Below, one piece after another: positions 9,790 through 20,060 of a DNA stretch of 64,000 nt. Positions within the stretch are counted from its first letter, which is position 1. Every line of letters begins with the position of its first letter. Below the pieces are notes generated by a model that saw only the letters and a list, made by a program, of their open reading frames with translations, had not been told where the DNA came from and searched no databases. The DNA is from an uncultured Methanosarcinales archaeon (GTDB lineage Archaea; Nanobdellota; Nanobdellia; Woesearchaeales; CAYVYK01). Location of the stretch: the NCBI GenBank assembly GCA_964455675.1, contig CAYVYK010000003.1:62001-126000 (forward strand). The letters are read 5' to 3'. Position numbers and translations under genes: made by a program.

Positions 9790-10624
9790 TGTTCATCCCA
9801 AGCTCCATTTCAATTTTTTTCACGAACTCGTACTCAGCCTTGCGCTCACTCGCTCTGGTCTTTGGGTATCTCTTCGCAAGCTCCTCAAATCGCTTCTCCA
9901 CACTCACGATCTGGTCCCAATCAACGCGCTTATCGGAATACAAAATAATCTTCTGCTCCCACGTTACAGGTGGGTGCTTTTTAAAACCATGCAATCCGTG
10001 AGTCTTCACGGCTTCCGCTATGAGGGGGAAACCGCACCTTCTGAGCACCAATGCCCCGGCGATCTCGTGATCGTGCGCGTGCATCTTCATGATGTCATGA
10101 AGCAGGGCGCTTGCCTCAAGCAACCGACGGTTGACCCTCATCTTTTTTTTACGCTGCAAAGCACCAGCGACCTTGAGGGCAACACGGCACACCTGCTTAC
10201 TATGAGCGATCACCTCAGCGGATATGTGGTTTTGCTGAAGGATGTCGAGACACTGCTCCCTCGACGGATGCAAACCTTTCATGCGCTCATATTTTATTAA
10301 TGCCCTCGCAAATCCCTTGTTCACGTTAACGCTTGGATTCTTCCTTATTTGACTTAACTCCCGCTGTGAGATCCACAATTGGCCACTTCTCGGCTCACCA
10401 TGCCCGGCATACACCGCTTCCCTTCCATTATGGAAAAGAAAAAAAAGTTCCTTTGGATCGCAATCTTCACGAGCGAGGAGGTTTTCAGCCACAGTTGCAG
10501 GCTCTACGCCGAAAGGTATCGTCGCTGAAAGCGAACAGCCAAAATCTTTCGGATCTTGACTCATCACTCGCATCCTGCCATCATCAGACAGGATGAATAT
10601 CCGCACGCTTTCAGTCTTTCTCAT
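9782..10624 (-). CDS. HD-domain protein with a degenerate Nudix-like N-terminal domain
   Basis: HS..V, ALLHDI.K, H...GA..L, H and YSDKR HD motifs; start re-assigned to ATG 10624, overlapping the dnaK 3' end. Confidence 0.8.
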   Translation of the reverse strand: MRKTESVRIFILSDDGRMRVMSQDPKDFGCSLSATIPFGVEPATVAENLLAREDCDPKELFFLFHNGREAVYAGHGEPRSGQLWISQRELSQIRKNPSVNVNKGFARALIKYERMKGLHPSREQCLDILQQNHISAEVIAHSKQVCRVALKVAGALQRKKKMRVNRRLLEASALLHDIMKMHAHDHEIAGALVLRRCGFPLIAEAVKTHGLHGFKKHPPVTWEQKIILYSDKRVDWDQIVSVEKRFEELAKRYPKTRASERKAEYEFVKKIEMELGMNNG

Positions 10625-12485
10625 CCTGGCCTTCTTCGTTATCCACAACCTCAGCATCAACGACTTTCTCGCCTTTCTCTCCTTTCTTCTTTGAGCCCTT
10701 CGCTTGCGAGGATTGATGCTCTTCTGCAGCTTTGCGATAGAGTTCAGTGGACAAATCCTGGATCTTTTTGCTTACCTTATCTTTAAGGTCCCTGATCCTT
10801 GAAACGTCCTTCTTCTCTTCAGCCAAAAGCTTCTTGAGCTCGTCAAGATCAGACTGCACATCCTTCATCTTTCCGTCGTCCACTTTATCCTTCATGTCCT
10901 TGAAGAGCTGCTCAGTTGTATACACGAGCGTGTCTGCCTGGTTCACAACCTCAACTTCCTCAAGGCGCCTCTTATCTTCATCGGCGTGGGACTCAGCGTC
11001 CTTTCGCATGCGTTCAATATCATCCTTCGTGAGATTGCTTGAACCAGTCACCGTTATCCGCTGCTCCCTGCTTGTCGCGAGGTCCTTTGCCGAAACACTC
11101 ACGATACCATTCGCATCAATGTCAAACGTCACTTCGATCTGCGGTATACCCCTCGGCGCTGGAGGAATACCCACAAGGTCAAAGCGGCCAAGACTTTTGT
11201 TGTCCGCGGCCATGGGTCGTTCGCCCTGCAACACATTGATCGTTACCGCAGGCTGATTGTCAGTTGCCGTGCTGAATATCTGGCTCTTCTTCGTCGGAAT
11301 CGTGGTATTCCTCTGGATCAGGGTTGTTGAGACTCCGCCAAGTGTCTCGATACCGAGCGACAATGGAGTTACGTCAAGCAGGAGCACGTCTTTCACTTCA
11401 CCAGCAAGTATTCCTCCTTGGATCGCTGCGCCCATTGCGACACATTCCATCGGATCAACGCCGCCCTCAGGATCCTTGCCGATAACGTCCTTGACAAATT
11501 TCTGGACCATCGGCATTCTCGTCGGACCTCCGACCATGATTACCTTATCAATTCCTTTCATACTGATCTTTGCATCCTTCACCGCCTGCTCAACAGGGGC
11601 ACGGCAGCGCTCAATGATCGGCGTTACGATTTGCTCGAGCTTCGCGCGCGAAAGCTTCATCTGCAGGTGCTTGGGACCTTTACTTGTCGCGCTAATAAAC
11701 GGAAGGTTGATCTCGGACTCAAGCACTGTCGATAGCTCAATCTTCGCGCGCTCAACAGCTTCACGCACACGCTGCATAGCCGTATCATCCTCGGAAAGAT
11801 CAATCCCTTCCTTGTCCTTGAAGTCCTTGATCACGAACTTGATGAGCGCATTGTCCATGTCAGTACCACCTAGCTGTGTATCTCCCGACGTTGACTTCAC
11901 CTCAAAGACACCTTCACCAAACTCCATGATGGTAACATCAAGCGTACCGCCACCAAAGTCAAACACCAGAATCTTATGCTCCTGATGGGACTTATCCAGC
12001 CCATATGCGAGCGACGCCGCTGTCGGCTCATTGATAATACGCACGACCTCAAGACCTGCGATAGTTCCCGCATCCTTCGTTGCCTGGCGCTGACTGTCAT
12101 CAAAGTATGCTGGGACAGTAATCACCGCTTTCGTAATATTCTCCCCGATGAACTTCTCAGCGTCACGCTTGATCTTTTGTAGGATGAATGCCGAGATCTG
12201 CTGAGGAGTGTATTCCTTACCGTGGGCTTTGTACTTAAAGTTCTGGCCCATCTTGCGCTTTGCCGCAAGAATGGTTCCCTCCGTATTTGACACTGCCTGA
12301 CGACGGGCTGGTTCACCGACGAGCATCTGCCCATCTTTTGAGAATGCCACAACACTTGGGAAAGCCTTCCCATAGAGTGACGTTCCTTCTGCGCTGGGAA
12401 TAATCACCGGTTTACCTGCCTGCAATACTGCCGCAGCACTGTTACTTGTTCCAAGATCGATACCAATTATTTTTTCTTTTGCCAT
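10611..12485 (-). CDS. dnaK: Chaperone DnaK (Hsp70)
   Basis: [40 protein letters not shown]. Confidence 0.99.
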   Translation of the reverse strand: MAKEKIIGIDLGTSNSAAAVLQAGKPVIIPSAEGTSLYGKAFPSVVAFSKDGQMLVGEPARRQAVSNTEGTILAAKRKMGQNFKYKAHGKEYTPQQISAFILQKIKRDAEKFIGENITKAVITVPAYFDDSQRQATKDAGTIAGLEVVRIINEPTAASLAYGLDKSHQEHKILVFDFGGGTLDVTIMEFGEGVFEVKSTSGDTQLGGTDMDNALIKFVIKDFKDKEGIDLSEDDTAMQRVREAVERAKIELSTVLESEINLPFISATSKGPKHLQMKLSRAKLEQIVTPIIERCRAPVEQAVKDAKISMKGIDKVIMVGGPTRMPMVQKFVKDVIGKDPEGGVDPMECVAMGAAIQGGILAGEVKDVLLLDVTPLSLGIETLGGVSTTLIQRNTTIPTKKSQIFSTATDNQPAVTINVLQGERPMAADNKSLGRFDLVGIPPAPRGIPQIEVTFDIDANGIVSVSAKDLATSREQRITVTGSSNLTKDDIERMRKDAESHADEDKRRLEEVEVVNQADTLVYTTEQLFKDMKDKVDDGKMKDVQSDLDELKKLLAEEKKDVSRIRDLKDKVSKKIQDLSTELYRKAAEEHQSSQAKGSKKKGEKGEKVVDAEVVDNEEGQDEKD

Positions 12486-12499
12486 AGTTATACCTCCAT

Positions 12500-12853
12500 T
12501 TAGCCGAAATATTCAGGCCGGCTCTGAGCCTCAAGCTCGGGTTTCTTCTTCGAGCGCTTCTCAGCAACGGCGATCGCCTTCGGCTTCTGAATTTTTCCAA
12601 ACTCCTGCTCATAATTCTTGAGCACTTTCTCCAAAAGCTCCAGCGCTTGCTTAGCGTGGAACGGATCAACCATCACCACATTATGTTTCACATGGATGAC
12701 TGGCGCCTTATGGCTCCTTGGATCCACACGAGGCGTAATACACTTGAAATCGAGAATGATCTGCGTGGGATTGAAGTTAATACTCATTTCGTGGGCGAAA
12801 AAAGGCTCGCCTTCATTAATGCTCATCTGGATCTTTTCAGCTTGTTCTGCCAT
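12500..12853 (-). CDS. Conserved small protein, DUF3467-like
   Basis: FFA.E.SI.F.P...ILDF and V...P.HAK pattern; lies within the operon. Confidence 0.65.
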   Translation of the reverse strand: MAEQAEKIQMSINEGEPFFAHEMSINFNPTQIILDFKCITPRVDPRSHKAPVIHVKHNVVMVDPFHAKQALELLEKVLKNYEQEFGKIQKPKAIAVAEKRSKKKPELEAQSRPEYFG

Positions 12854-12871
12854 TCTTGTTCACCTGGTTTG

Positions 12872-13342
12872 CTATCCTAAATGTTTTCCAAGGACAATTG
12901 CCCCCACGCCTTTTGCATAATGGTCCGTGAGGAATCCTTCTCTCTTGTACCCCAAGGTCTTGAAAAACTCTTCATCATTCTTATCCTTCGTCCCACAGAA
13001 CACCTTTTGGTTGTCTGCAATAACGATCTCAACCTTACCTTCGCCGATCCAATTCTCCGCCGAAAGCAACATCTCCGCCTCGGTTCCTTTCCATTGCGCG
13101 TCCTTTTGGACGAAAAAGCATTTTATCCGCGCATGGCAGTTCTTTCCGACACATGTCTTGTATGCAAGCAAGCCCCCAACAATCTTCGCATCCTGCGCGA
13201 CAACGACGAGAGCGTTCTCCCTCTTGATATCCGCAACTATCTCCTCTTTACTCTTCAGGAGAAGAGGCTCGAAAGGAAAGAGATTCTTTGCGGTGTCGAC
13301 TACTAACAACCATTCGTCGGGCTTGGCTTTTCGGATTGGCAT
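12872..13342 (-). CDS. GNAT family acetyltransferase (RimI-like)
   Basis: IRKA start, IVG, FV....Q.KG....LL, FFK.LGY..EG....Y; start re-assigned to ATG 13342. Confidence 0.8.
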   Translation of the reverse strand: MPIRKAKPDEWLLVVDTAKNLFPFEPLLLKSKEEIVADIKRENALVVVAQDAKIVGGLLAYKTCVGKNCHARIKCFFVQKDAQWKGTEAEMLLSAENWIGEGKVEIVIADNQKVFCGTKDKNDEEFFKTLGYKREGFLTDHYAKGVGAIVLGKHLG

Positions 13343-13818
13343 ATTTTCTTCCTCAGTATCTTGACTTTCGCATGTCTTACCACTTTTTCCTTGAACATGT
13401 ACCCCTTCTGGAGGCATTCTACAATCCTTCCTTCATCAGTTCCCTCAACGATGAGCAGAACCTCGTGAAAATACGGATCGAACTTACGGTTTTCCGTGGG
13501 AATCGGGCGCAAACCCTCCTTTTCAAGGATACCCCAAAGCTGGGCATAAATCATCTCGAGACCTCGAGCGAGATCTACGCTCGCTTCTTGCCGTTCGATT
13601 GCCATCTCGAAACTGTCAAGGACCGGGAGGAGCTTTTCCAGCAACCGCGCATTCGCATATTCGGCATGGGCGCTTACTTCTTGCTGTGATCGCTTAACAT
13701 AATTTTCAAAATCTGCCTGAAGCCGCTGCAGAGTATCTGTGAGCTCGCGCACCCGTTCATCACTTGTTGTGCTGTTTTCCCTATTTTTTTCTTGGTCTTC
13801 TGTCATGTTCTGGAACAC
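13303..13818 (-). CDS. grpE: Nucleotide exchange factor GrpE
   Basis: RLQADFENY.KR, LLPVLDSFE.A, FDP..HE, QKGY....V.R.AKV. Confidence 0.97.
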   Translation of the reverse strand: MFQNMTEDQEKNRENSTTSDERVRELTDTLQRLQADFENYVKRSQQEVSAHAEYANARLLEKLLPVLDSFEMAIERQEASVDLARGLEMIYAQLWGILEKEGLRPIPTENRKFDPYFHEVLLIVEGTDEGRIVECLQKGYMFKEKVVRHAKVKILRKKICQSEKPSPTNGC

Positions 13819-13911
13819 ATTTGAGAATTCTCGCCCGTATATTAAGCTTGCGAATTTCGTTGATTTGAGATTAATGTAGACGATCTAAGATAAACTATTC
13901 CGCCTCGTACC

Positions 13912-14319
13912 CTACATCTCAAGCCATCCGTCAATTTCTCGAGCGACTACTTTAACATCCTGAAGTGTCCGACCAAGATCCTTCTCGACCTCATCAACGA
14001 CGGAACGCAAGCTGCTCTCCCTCAAGTGATAGCTGTTTCCCGAGCGCAGGACAAGCCCGCATTCCATCAGCTTATTTAAGTGGTGAATAACCGTGCCTCT
14101 TGTCAGCTTGAGCTGGGAAGCGAGTTCATCGGATGACAATCCCTTATCGCGCCGAGCGACCTTCAGAAGCTCAATGAATATCCTGAACATGGAACGATCC
14201 TTGTCGCGGGAGTTAAATAATCCAAGCGATGATCCTAGAAACTGAAGCTGGTCATTTAGGTCTTTACGCTTTGGATGACGGACCTTTACGATCGTAATCT
14301 TGTTCTGAATTTCTAGCAT
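13912..14319 (-). CDS. Winged-helix transcriptional regulator (ArsR/TrmB-like), upstream of the chaperone operon
   Basis: LSSDELA..L.LTRGTVIHHLNKL...GLV HTH plus wing. Confidence 0.85.
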   Translation of the reverse strand: MLEIQNKITIVKVRHPKRKDLNDQLQFLGSSLGLFNSRDKDRSMFRIFIELLKVARRDKGLSSDELASQLKLTRGTVIHHLNKLMECGLVLRSGNSYHLRESSLRSVVDEVEKDLGRTLQDVKVVAREIDGWLEM

Positions 14320-14382
14320 TCCCTACCCCGCCAGTATCCCACTCGGTGAAGTATAAAAATTTTCACATGAAAGAATCTACAA

Positions 14383-14538
14383 TCACTCGCCGTCATCATA
14401 CGAATCGGGGGATTCCTCGTTGACCTCATCCACTTCATCGTCTTCCAGGAAAAAGTCTTCTGTATAATCCGACTCCTGATCTGGAGCAATACTCTCATAG
14501 AACTCATCCATATCTTCTTCTACGCCCGGATCCTCCAT
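14383..14538 (-). CDS. Hyperacidic 51-aa microprotein
   Basis: Manual translation MEDPGVEEDMDEFYESIAPDQESDYTEDFFLEDDEVDEVNEESPDSYDDGE; GGGGTGA SD upstream; an ATAAATA box further upstream. Confidence 0.7.
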   Translation of the reverse strand: MEDPGVEEDMDEFYESIAPDQESDYTEDFFLEDDEVDEVNEESPDSYDDGE

Positions 14539-14617
14539 TCCTCAATCACCCCACGAGAGGCCGGACTAACTTCTATTTATAATTTTGTGAAGTGCAATCC
14601 GTATGTCCTGGATGACT

Positions 14618-15229
14618 CTACCGCACAAATCGTCGGGATTCCCTCTCAAGATACGAGGTATTGCGGCGCTTCCAGTTCGCAGTCTTGCTCGGCCGAAGCT
14701 TATCAGCACCCTTGCCCTTACTTAAGAGTCCCCTGCTGCGACGGTCTGCCATGGTAAGGCCACGTAGTGCACGACCACGCTGTGCAGATTTCGCGAACGC
14801 ACCAAGAGTCTGGTCTGCCATAACTGACGGGTTCCTTGGATCCACGAGGATCACTTCAAACCATATGAGCTGACCATCCTCTCCTACCTTGTAAGAATTC
14901 AGCACTACGAGATTGGCAAATTTTTCCGCAGCTCTACGCTGGGCAATGCTTTGATAGTTCAAGTTTAGGTTCATCCGCTCGCTTGCATGCTTGCTTCGAC
15001 GACCACCAAGATCATGAGCTCGCACGTGCATTCCCTTAGTCACACGCTGCCTTAAGAGAACAATACCTGCTTTTGCCTTATACCCAAGAGATCTTGCTCG
15101 ATCCAGCCTTGTCGGCCGCTCGATGCGGACTGTCGCTGCTTCACGGCGCCATGAAATCAAGCGTTGACGCTGCAGTTTTTGAGCATCCTCAGAATCATAA
15201 TTCTTTCGAACATATTTGTATAATACCAT
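14618..15229 (-). CDS. rpl15e: 50S ribosomal protein L15e (eL15)
   Basis: RIERPTRLDRARSLGYKAK.G, VLNSY.VGEDG, FEVILVDP, GRA.RGLT. Confidence 0.97.
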   Translation of the reverse strand: MVLYKYVRKNYDSEDAQKLQRQRLISWRREAATVRIERPTRLDRARSLGYKAKAGIVLLRQRVTKGMHVRAHDLGGRRSKHASERMNLNLNYQSIAQRRAAEKFANLVVLNSYKVGEDGQLIWFEVILVDPRNPSVMADQTLGAFAKSAQRGRALRGLTMADRRSRGLLSKGKGADKLRPSKTANWKRRNTSYLERESRRFVR

Positions 15230-15281
15230 TGTGAGCCTCCATTACACTATTAATCATCAAATATCAATTCACCAAATATTT

Positions 15282-15311
15282 GGATTCAGGTGAGCTACTA
15301 CCTACATCTCC
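15282..15311 (-). promoter_or_regulatory. Probable eL15 ribosomal-protein leader RNA in the rpl15e 5' UTR
   Basis: GGA-GAUGU-AGGU-AGUAGCUC-ACCU-GAA-UCC stem with a GAUGU/GAA internal loop, just downstream of a TTTTAAAG TATA box (15333-15340). Confidence 0.6.
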
Positions 15312-15461
15312 ACATGTGAGGGATCGGGGGTGCTTTAAAAAGATTTGGATTCGTGAGAAGACTCTAAGCCATATAGAAACCAAGAAATATTTTCATTTCT
15401 ACGAAAAATATCCTATTTTCCGTCGAAAACACATAATAAGGACGATGACTCCGCATACCTT

Positions 15462-16763
15462 ATGCAAAAATTCCTCGCGTATGCAACGATCTTTGTCCTC
15501 ATCTGCTTCCCTGCTTTTGCCAGCGACCTCCTCATTTACGAAGTTCTGTACGATCCTGTCGGATCGGATACGGGGAAGGAATGGGTTGTGCTCTACAACT
15601 CTAGATCCTTCCCCGTCATGCTCACAAACTACACACTCGAATCAGGAAACGGCGCGGAAGAAGGCGATTGGACCGTTGAGTGGTCTGGCAATGCAACGAT
15701 CATGCAACCCCACTCTTTTTTCCTGATCGGGGAAGAAAGCGTTATACCTGCACCTGATTTTATCACATCGCTCGATCTTCAACAAGGGCCTGACAGCGTC
15801 AGAATAAGGAGGAATGACGAAGTCATCGATACACTCGGATGGGGAGAACACACTTTTCCCGAGTATTATGAAGGAACGAGTGCAAATCTCACACTGCAAG
15901 GACAAAGTCTGCAACGTCTGCGGCTTACTGACACGAACAACAACGCCCTTGACTTTCATGCCGTCGATGATCCAATCCCCCTTAGCCAAGAGAGCGGCAC
16001 CGATCCTTCACTTATCACTGTCTCAGTGAACGTGCTCGACACAACCCCATCCATCCTTGCCTGGACAATGGAGGACGATTTGCCCGCAGCGGGCCACCAA
16101 ATATTTCCAGAACCGGGTGATGAGAAACTTCTCCACTACTCTGCACGCCTGGGCCATCCCTACCCCATAACAGGAATCGCACTGTACCTTGAACATGAAG
16201 GATCAGAAGCACTTTCGTTTGATGAAACCGAGATCAGCGAGTACGAGACAAACATCAGCTCGGTTTTCCCACTAGAATTCTATGACGACCCGGGAAACTA
16301 TTCCATCATTCTCTCGTTTGAAGATACCTTTGGCGACAGTTTCGAATACACATTCGAATTCGAAGTGCAAGAACTCCTTGCATACTCACTTGACGCCTAT
16401 GAAGTCACATTTGAATCGATGCAACCTGGAAGCGCAAGCATCGTGCTTGGTGATGGGGATTTTAACAATTCACGACCGACTCTTCGCAATCTCGGAAACT
16501 CTCCCCTCGATGTCAAAATATCCGGACTCGACCTCATATCCAACAACTCCCGAATAAACGTCAGCAATATCGAGTACTCCTTCTCAGGGGAATTCACCGG
16601 CCCACTGTACGGCACACTCACCTCGGCACTCCAACACGTTCCCCTCAACCTCGCCCCAGGAATACTGAGCGTCAATCCGCTCAGCATTAAACTCACCATT
16701 CCAGGGGATGTCCAAGCTGGATTCTACCAGAGTAACATCACTATTCTTGGCAGCAGCGGATAG
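15462..16763 (+). CDS. Secreted lamin-tail-domain surface protein
   Basis: Signal peptide; LLIYEVLYDP.G.D...EWV.LYN LTD motif; DTNNNA.DF; further Ig-like domains. Confidence 0.85.
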   Translation: MQKFLAYATIFVLICFPAFASDLLIYEVLYDPVGSDTGKEWVVLYNSRSFPVMLTNYTLESGNGAEEGDWTVEWSGNATIMQPHSFFLIGEESVIPAPDFITSLDLQQGPDSVRIRRNDEVIDTLGWGEHTFPEYYEGTSANLTLQGQSLQRLRLTDTNNNALDFHAVDDPIPLSQESGTDPSLITVSVNVLDTTPSILAWTMEDDLPAAGHQIFPEPGDEKLLHYSARLGHPYPITGIALYLEHEGSEALSFDETEISEYETNISSVFPLEFYDDPGNYSIILSFEDTFGDSFEYTFEFEVQELLAYSLDAYEVTFESMQPGSASIVLGDGDFNNSRPTLRNLGNSPLDVKISGLDLISNNSRINVSNIEYSFSGEFTGPLYGTLTSALQHVPLNLAPGILSVNPLSIKLTIPGDVQAGFYQSNITILGSSG

Positions 16764-16764
16764 T

Positions 16765-17316
16765 ATGAAACGGATGATTCTCCTACACATGCTCATCGGT
16801 CTATTTATGATTCTGCCAAACACTACTGGCGCGATCGAGGTTGGAGTCTCACCTCCAGTACTCACGATCACGCAGCTTGAGAAGAATTACACCCTCACCC
16901 TCTTCAATCCAAATGATCATCCACTGGATTACATGATTGTGTATAACAACTCCCTACTCGCAGTTGAACCGACCGATGGACGGTTACCTCCGCTTGTGCG
17001 AGAAACGATCACCATAGAGGGAAAGGTTCGGGATACCAGGAACAGTACACTTCGAATCGATCTCATCGGAGCAAGGAGTGGTCTCATCCATCCAGGACTC
17101 GAGGTAGGTATAACATTCATTGATCCAAACTCAAGACCCAGATATGCCTACAATCCTGACGAGAAATTACGTACAATTCTCTCAGACTCCGATGATGATA
17201 ACACGGTCACACGATCGAGCATCTGGCAAAAACCTGCCGAACTTGCGGTACTCTCTACCCTCATCGCACTATCTGTCGTCATGTATTTCCGCGCTGGAAA
17301 AACAAAGGCTATTTAA
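16765..17316 (+). CDS. Secreted/membrane-anchored beta-sandwich protein
   Basis: Signal peptide, GVSPP, LFNPN, C-terminal TM helix; ATG immediately after the upstream stop. Confidence 0.7.
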   Translation: MKRMILLHMLIGLFMILPNTTGAIEVGVSPPVLTITQLEKNYTLTLFNPNDHPLDYMIVYNNSLLAVEPTDGRLPPLVRETITIEGKVRDTRNSTLRIDLIGARSGLIHPGLEVGITFIDPNSRPRYAYNPDEKLRTILSDSDDDNTVTRSSIWQKPAELAVLSTLIALSVVMYFRAGKTKAI

Positions 17317-17340
17317 GACAAAGAACTATCATCTCATACG

Positions 17341-18189
17341 ATGCTTGACTATCTCCTTGGAATCCTCGCCGTCCTGTTCGTCTATCGAGGAATTCGGATC
17401 ATGCTCCTGAAACGGAGGAGCTACAAAGGCGTTCCCGTGATGAAAGGAGCAGAGCCAATCAGGATCCGCAAAGGACCAACTGGAGTACTTTTCATCCATG
17501 GATTCTCAGGAACAGCATGGGATTATCGCTTCCTCTCAACGTATCTCACAAGGCGAAACATCACATTCGTTGCACCGCTCCTCGAGGGGCATGGAACGAC
17601 TCCCGAGCATCTCACAACGGTAACCGACATTACCTGGAAGCGACAGCTTGACAAAGAGCTCGCTACCCTCAAGCGCCAATGCAGCAGGGTCATCGTGGGA
17701 GGAGACTCATTTGGTGGAAACCTCGCGATACATCTTGCCGCACGGCACAAGGTTGATGGGCTCGTGCTCCTCGGGACACCGATCTATTTCCGGCATCAGA
17801 TCCTCTACACGATCGTATTTCACGTGCTTCGACCCTTTCTTGTTTTCAAAAAGAAGTGGTATCAGCGAAAACTCGGTAAAAGTGTCATGCGTCACCGTGT
17901 GACTTATGACCGTATACCCATCCAGTCCGTCAAATACGTCGGAAAGGTCATGCGCGAATCACGCAATCTCCTCAAGAACATAACATGTCCCATACTCATC
18001 ATGCAGTCAACCACTGACCATGGCGTTGATGCTCGAAGCGTAGAATATATCGTAACGCACGCACGATCCGTTCAGAAAAAAACTATCTGGGTTCCAGACA
18101 AGTACCATGTGTTCATTGTAGATAGCGGGAGAGAAAAAGTATTCAAGGACATCTATCACTTCCTTAAGGAAATCGAAGACGCTGCTTGA
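17341..18189 (+). CDS. Alpha/beta hydrolase (carboxylesterase-like)
   Basis: IHGFSG, GHG, GDSFGG nucleophile elbow, Asp (TDHGV) and His (KYH). Confidence 0.9.
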   Translation: MLDYLLGILAVLFVYRGIRIMLLKRRSYKGVPVMKGAEPIRIRKGPTGVLFIHGFSGTAWDYRFLSTYLTRRNITFVAPLLEGHGTTPEHLTTVTDITWKRQLDKELATLKRQCSRVIVGGDSFGGNLAIHLAARHKVDGLVLLGTPIYFRHQILYTIVFHVLRPFLVFKKKWYQRKLGKSVMRHRVTYDRIPIQSVKYVGKVMRESRNLLKNITCPILIMQSTTDHGVDARSVEYIVTHARSVQKKTIWVPDKYHVFIVDSGREKVFKDIYHFLKEIEDAA

Positions 18190-18232
18190 TCTAAAACCTA
18201 ACTTTATAAAAGGGGCTTCACCACCCTGACCA

Positions 18233-20044
18233 ATGAAAACAGGGGTCGTACGAGGCAGGAACCTTGCACTTTTTGTCGTGTTTCTCCTATCCATCCTCAC
18301 ACAAGTTGCCGCCGTTTCTGCAAAGAGCGGGCACATGCTGCTTCTTGCCGTAAAAGAAACGCCCGAAGGCCTTGAAGGAAGCACAGCAGATCTGTACCTT
18401 GATATCAGGCCAGGAAGCGGAAAGGTCTATCTTGATACCCTCCCACTTACGAAATACGACACCCAGCTCTCCACACGATTTGCACAGCAAGTGGCATGCA
18501 ATTTCCTCTCCATCAACTGCAATAATCTCGATTTCTTCTACACAATCAGATCAGACTCCGCAATCGTTGGAGGACCTAGCGCTGGAGCCGCAACGACCAT
18601 CCTTACCATCAGCATCCTTGACGGAACACCTATTGATGAACATGTTGTCATCACGGGAACGATTGATTCCGGCGGAATGATCGGGATTGTTGACGGTATC
18701 AAAGAGAAAATTGAGGCGGCAGCAGATGCGGGAGCAACAAAAGTCCTCTTCAGCAGCCTCGTTGTCGCAAGCCAAGCGGACGAGCCAACATTCAACGGAA
18801 CACTCCGCGACTGCAATACCACGGAGTGCCCAGAAGACATCGACCTTCTACTGCATGGAAAGAACCTCGGCGTCACTGTCATACCAGTCACCACGCTTTA
18901 TGACGCCATGTATGAATTTACTGGCAAACGGTATTCGCAGCCCGCTGGGGACATTGTAGTACCCAAAGACTACCTCGCGACGATGAACATGCTTGCAACT
19001 ATGCTCTGCAACAAGTCACATGAGTATGATAAGGCCATCGCCCGATACACCGAATCCAATGATACTCTTGACGATGAGACGGAAGATCTCCTCGAAATCG
19101 CGGACAACCTCACAATGAGAGCAGAGCAATCGCTCGAAGCAGGAAACCCCTATAGCGCGGCATCCTACTGCTTTGGCAGCAACACATACAAGAGCACTGT
19201 ATACCTGCAGCTTCAGAATCTGAGTGAGGAGGAATTGTCCGAGAAGTGGCTTATACTTGAGCGTACAATCGATGAATTTGATGAGAAAGTGAAGTCGCGG
19301 GAGCTGCGCACCCTCCAAGATCTCCAAGCATACATCATCGTGAAGGAACGAATCGACGAATCACGCAATCTTGCGAAAGACAACTCTTCGGACAGTCCAA
19401 ACGGGTATGCGTACGCAACTGAGCGACTCTACAGCGCATTCGCATGGAGCCACTTCTTCAACGGACGAGGAGATGTCGTGCGTTTTGATACATCCATCCT
19501 TAAGGAGTCATGCCTCATGAAACTTGCTGAGGCTGAGGAGCGGTACCAATACATCACACTTATTTTCCCAGGTGCCCTGCAGGACACGCGCAGAGTCATT
19601 GCAGAAGCAAGAGAAGATTACGAACAGTCTGATTATGCACTGTGCCTTTTCAAAGCAAGCAAAGCAAAAGCAGAAGCGAATAGCATCATCAACATTCTTG
19701 GTCTTGACAATGAGCGCCTTGAATCCTACCTTGCGGACAAAGCGGAAGTCACAAGGCAGGAGATCATCAGGGAAATCAACAAAGGAATCTTCCCCATCAT
19801 CGCGTATAGCTATTACCAGTACGCAAATGATCTCCAAACCGACGATCCATTCTCCTCACTACTCTACTACGACTATGCGCTTGAAATGAGCAACTTTGAC
19901 TGGTACCTTCACAGACCCGAGCATGTCTGGGGATTCTCCTTTGACAGCGAGAAAATCGCTCTCTTCATCATTGGCCTGCTCGCAGGCGCAGTGCTTAGCG
20001 TCATCCTCACCGTTAAAAAATTCAGACCACAGAAAAAACGTTGA
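18233..20044 (+). CDS. Archaeal Lon-like (S16) serine protease, secreted with a C-terminal anchor
   Basis: GGPSAG catalytic Ser, TGTI...G.IG.V.GI.EK catalytic Lys, YSAASYCF; no ATPase domain. Confidence 0.9.
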   Translation: MKTGVVRGRNLALFVVFLLSILTQVAAVSAKSGHMLLLAVKETPEGLEGSTADLYLDIRPGSGKVYLDTLPLTKYDTQLSTRFAQQVACNFLSINCNNLDFFYTIRSDSAIVGGPSAGAATTILTISILDGTPIDEHVVITGTIDSGGMIGIVDGIKEKIEAAADAGATKVLFSSLVVASQADEPTFNGTLRDCNTTECPEDIDLLLHGKNLGVTVIPVTTLYDAMYEFTGKRYSQPAGDIVVPKDYLATMNMLATMLCNKSHEYDKAIARYTESNDTLDDETEDLLEIADNLTMRAEQSLEAGNPYSAASYCFGSNTYKSTVYLQLQNLSEEELSEKWLILERTIDEFDEKVKSRELRTLQDLQAYIIVKERIDESRNLAKDNSSDSPNGYAYATERLYSAFAWSHFFNGRGDVVRFDTSILKESCLMKLAEAEERYQYITLIFPGALQDTRRVIAEAREDYEQSDYALCLFKASKAKAEANSIINILGLDNERLESYLADKAEVTRQEIIREINKGIFPIIAYSYYQYANDLQTDDPFSSLLYYDYALEMSNFDWYLHRPEHVWGFSFDSEKIALFIIGLLAGAVLSVILTVKKFRPQKKR

Positions 20045-20060
20045 TAACCCTCGGCAATCA

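Noticed and set aside
10747..11985. Long antisense ORFs opposite dnaK (and similarly opposite the rpo genes, proS and the GspE-type ATPase)
   Set aside because: Shadow ORFs caused by codon bias of conserved genes; no recognisable motifs.
14313..14507. 64-aa ORF in the track
   Set aside because: It is an alternative frame; the acidic 51-aa frame (14383-14538) has an ATG and SD and does not cross the wHTH promoter.
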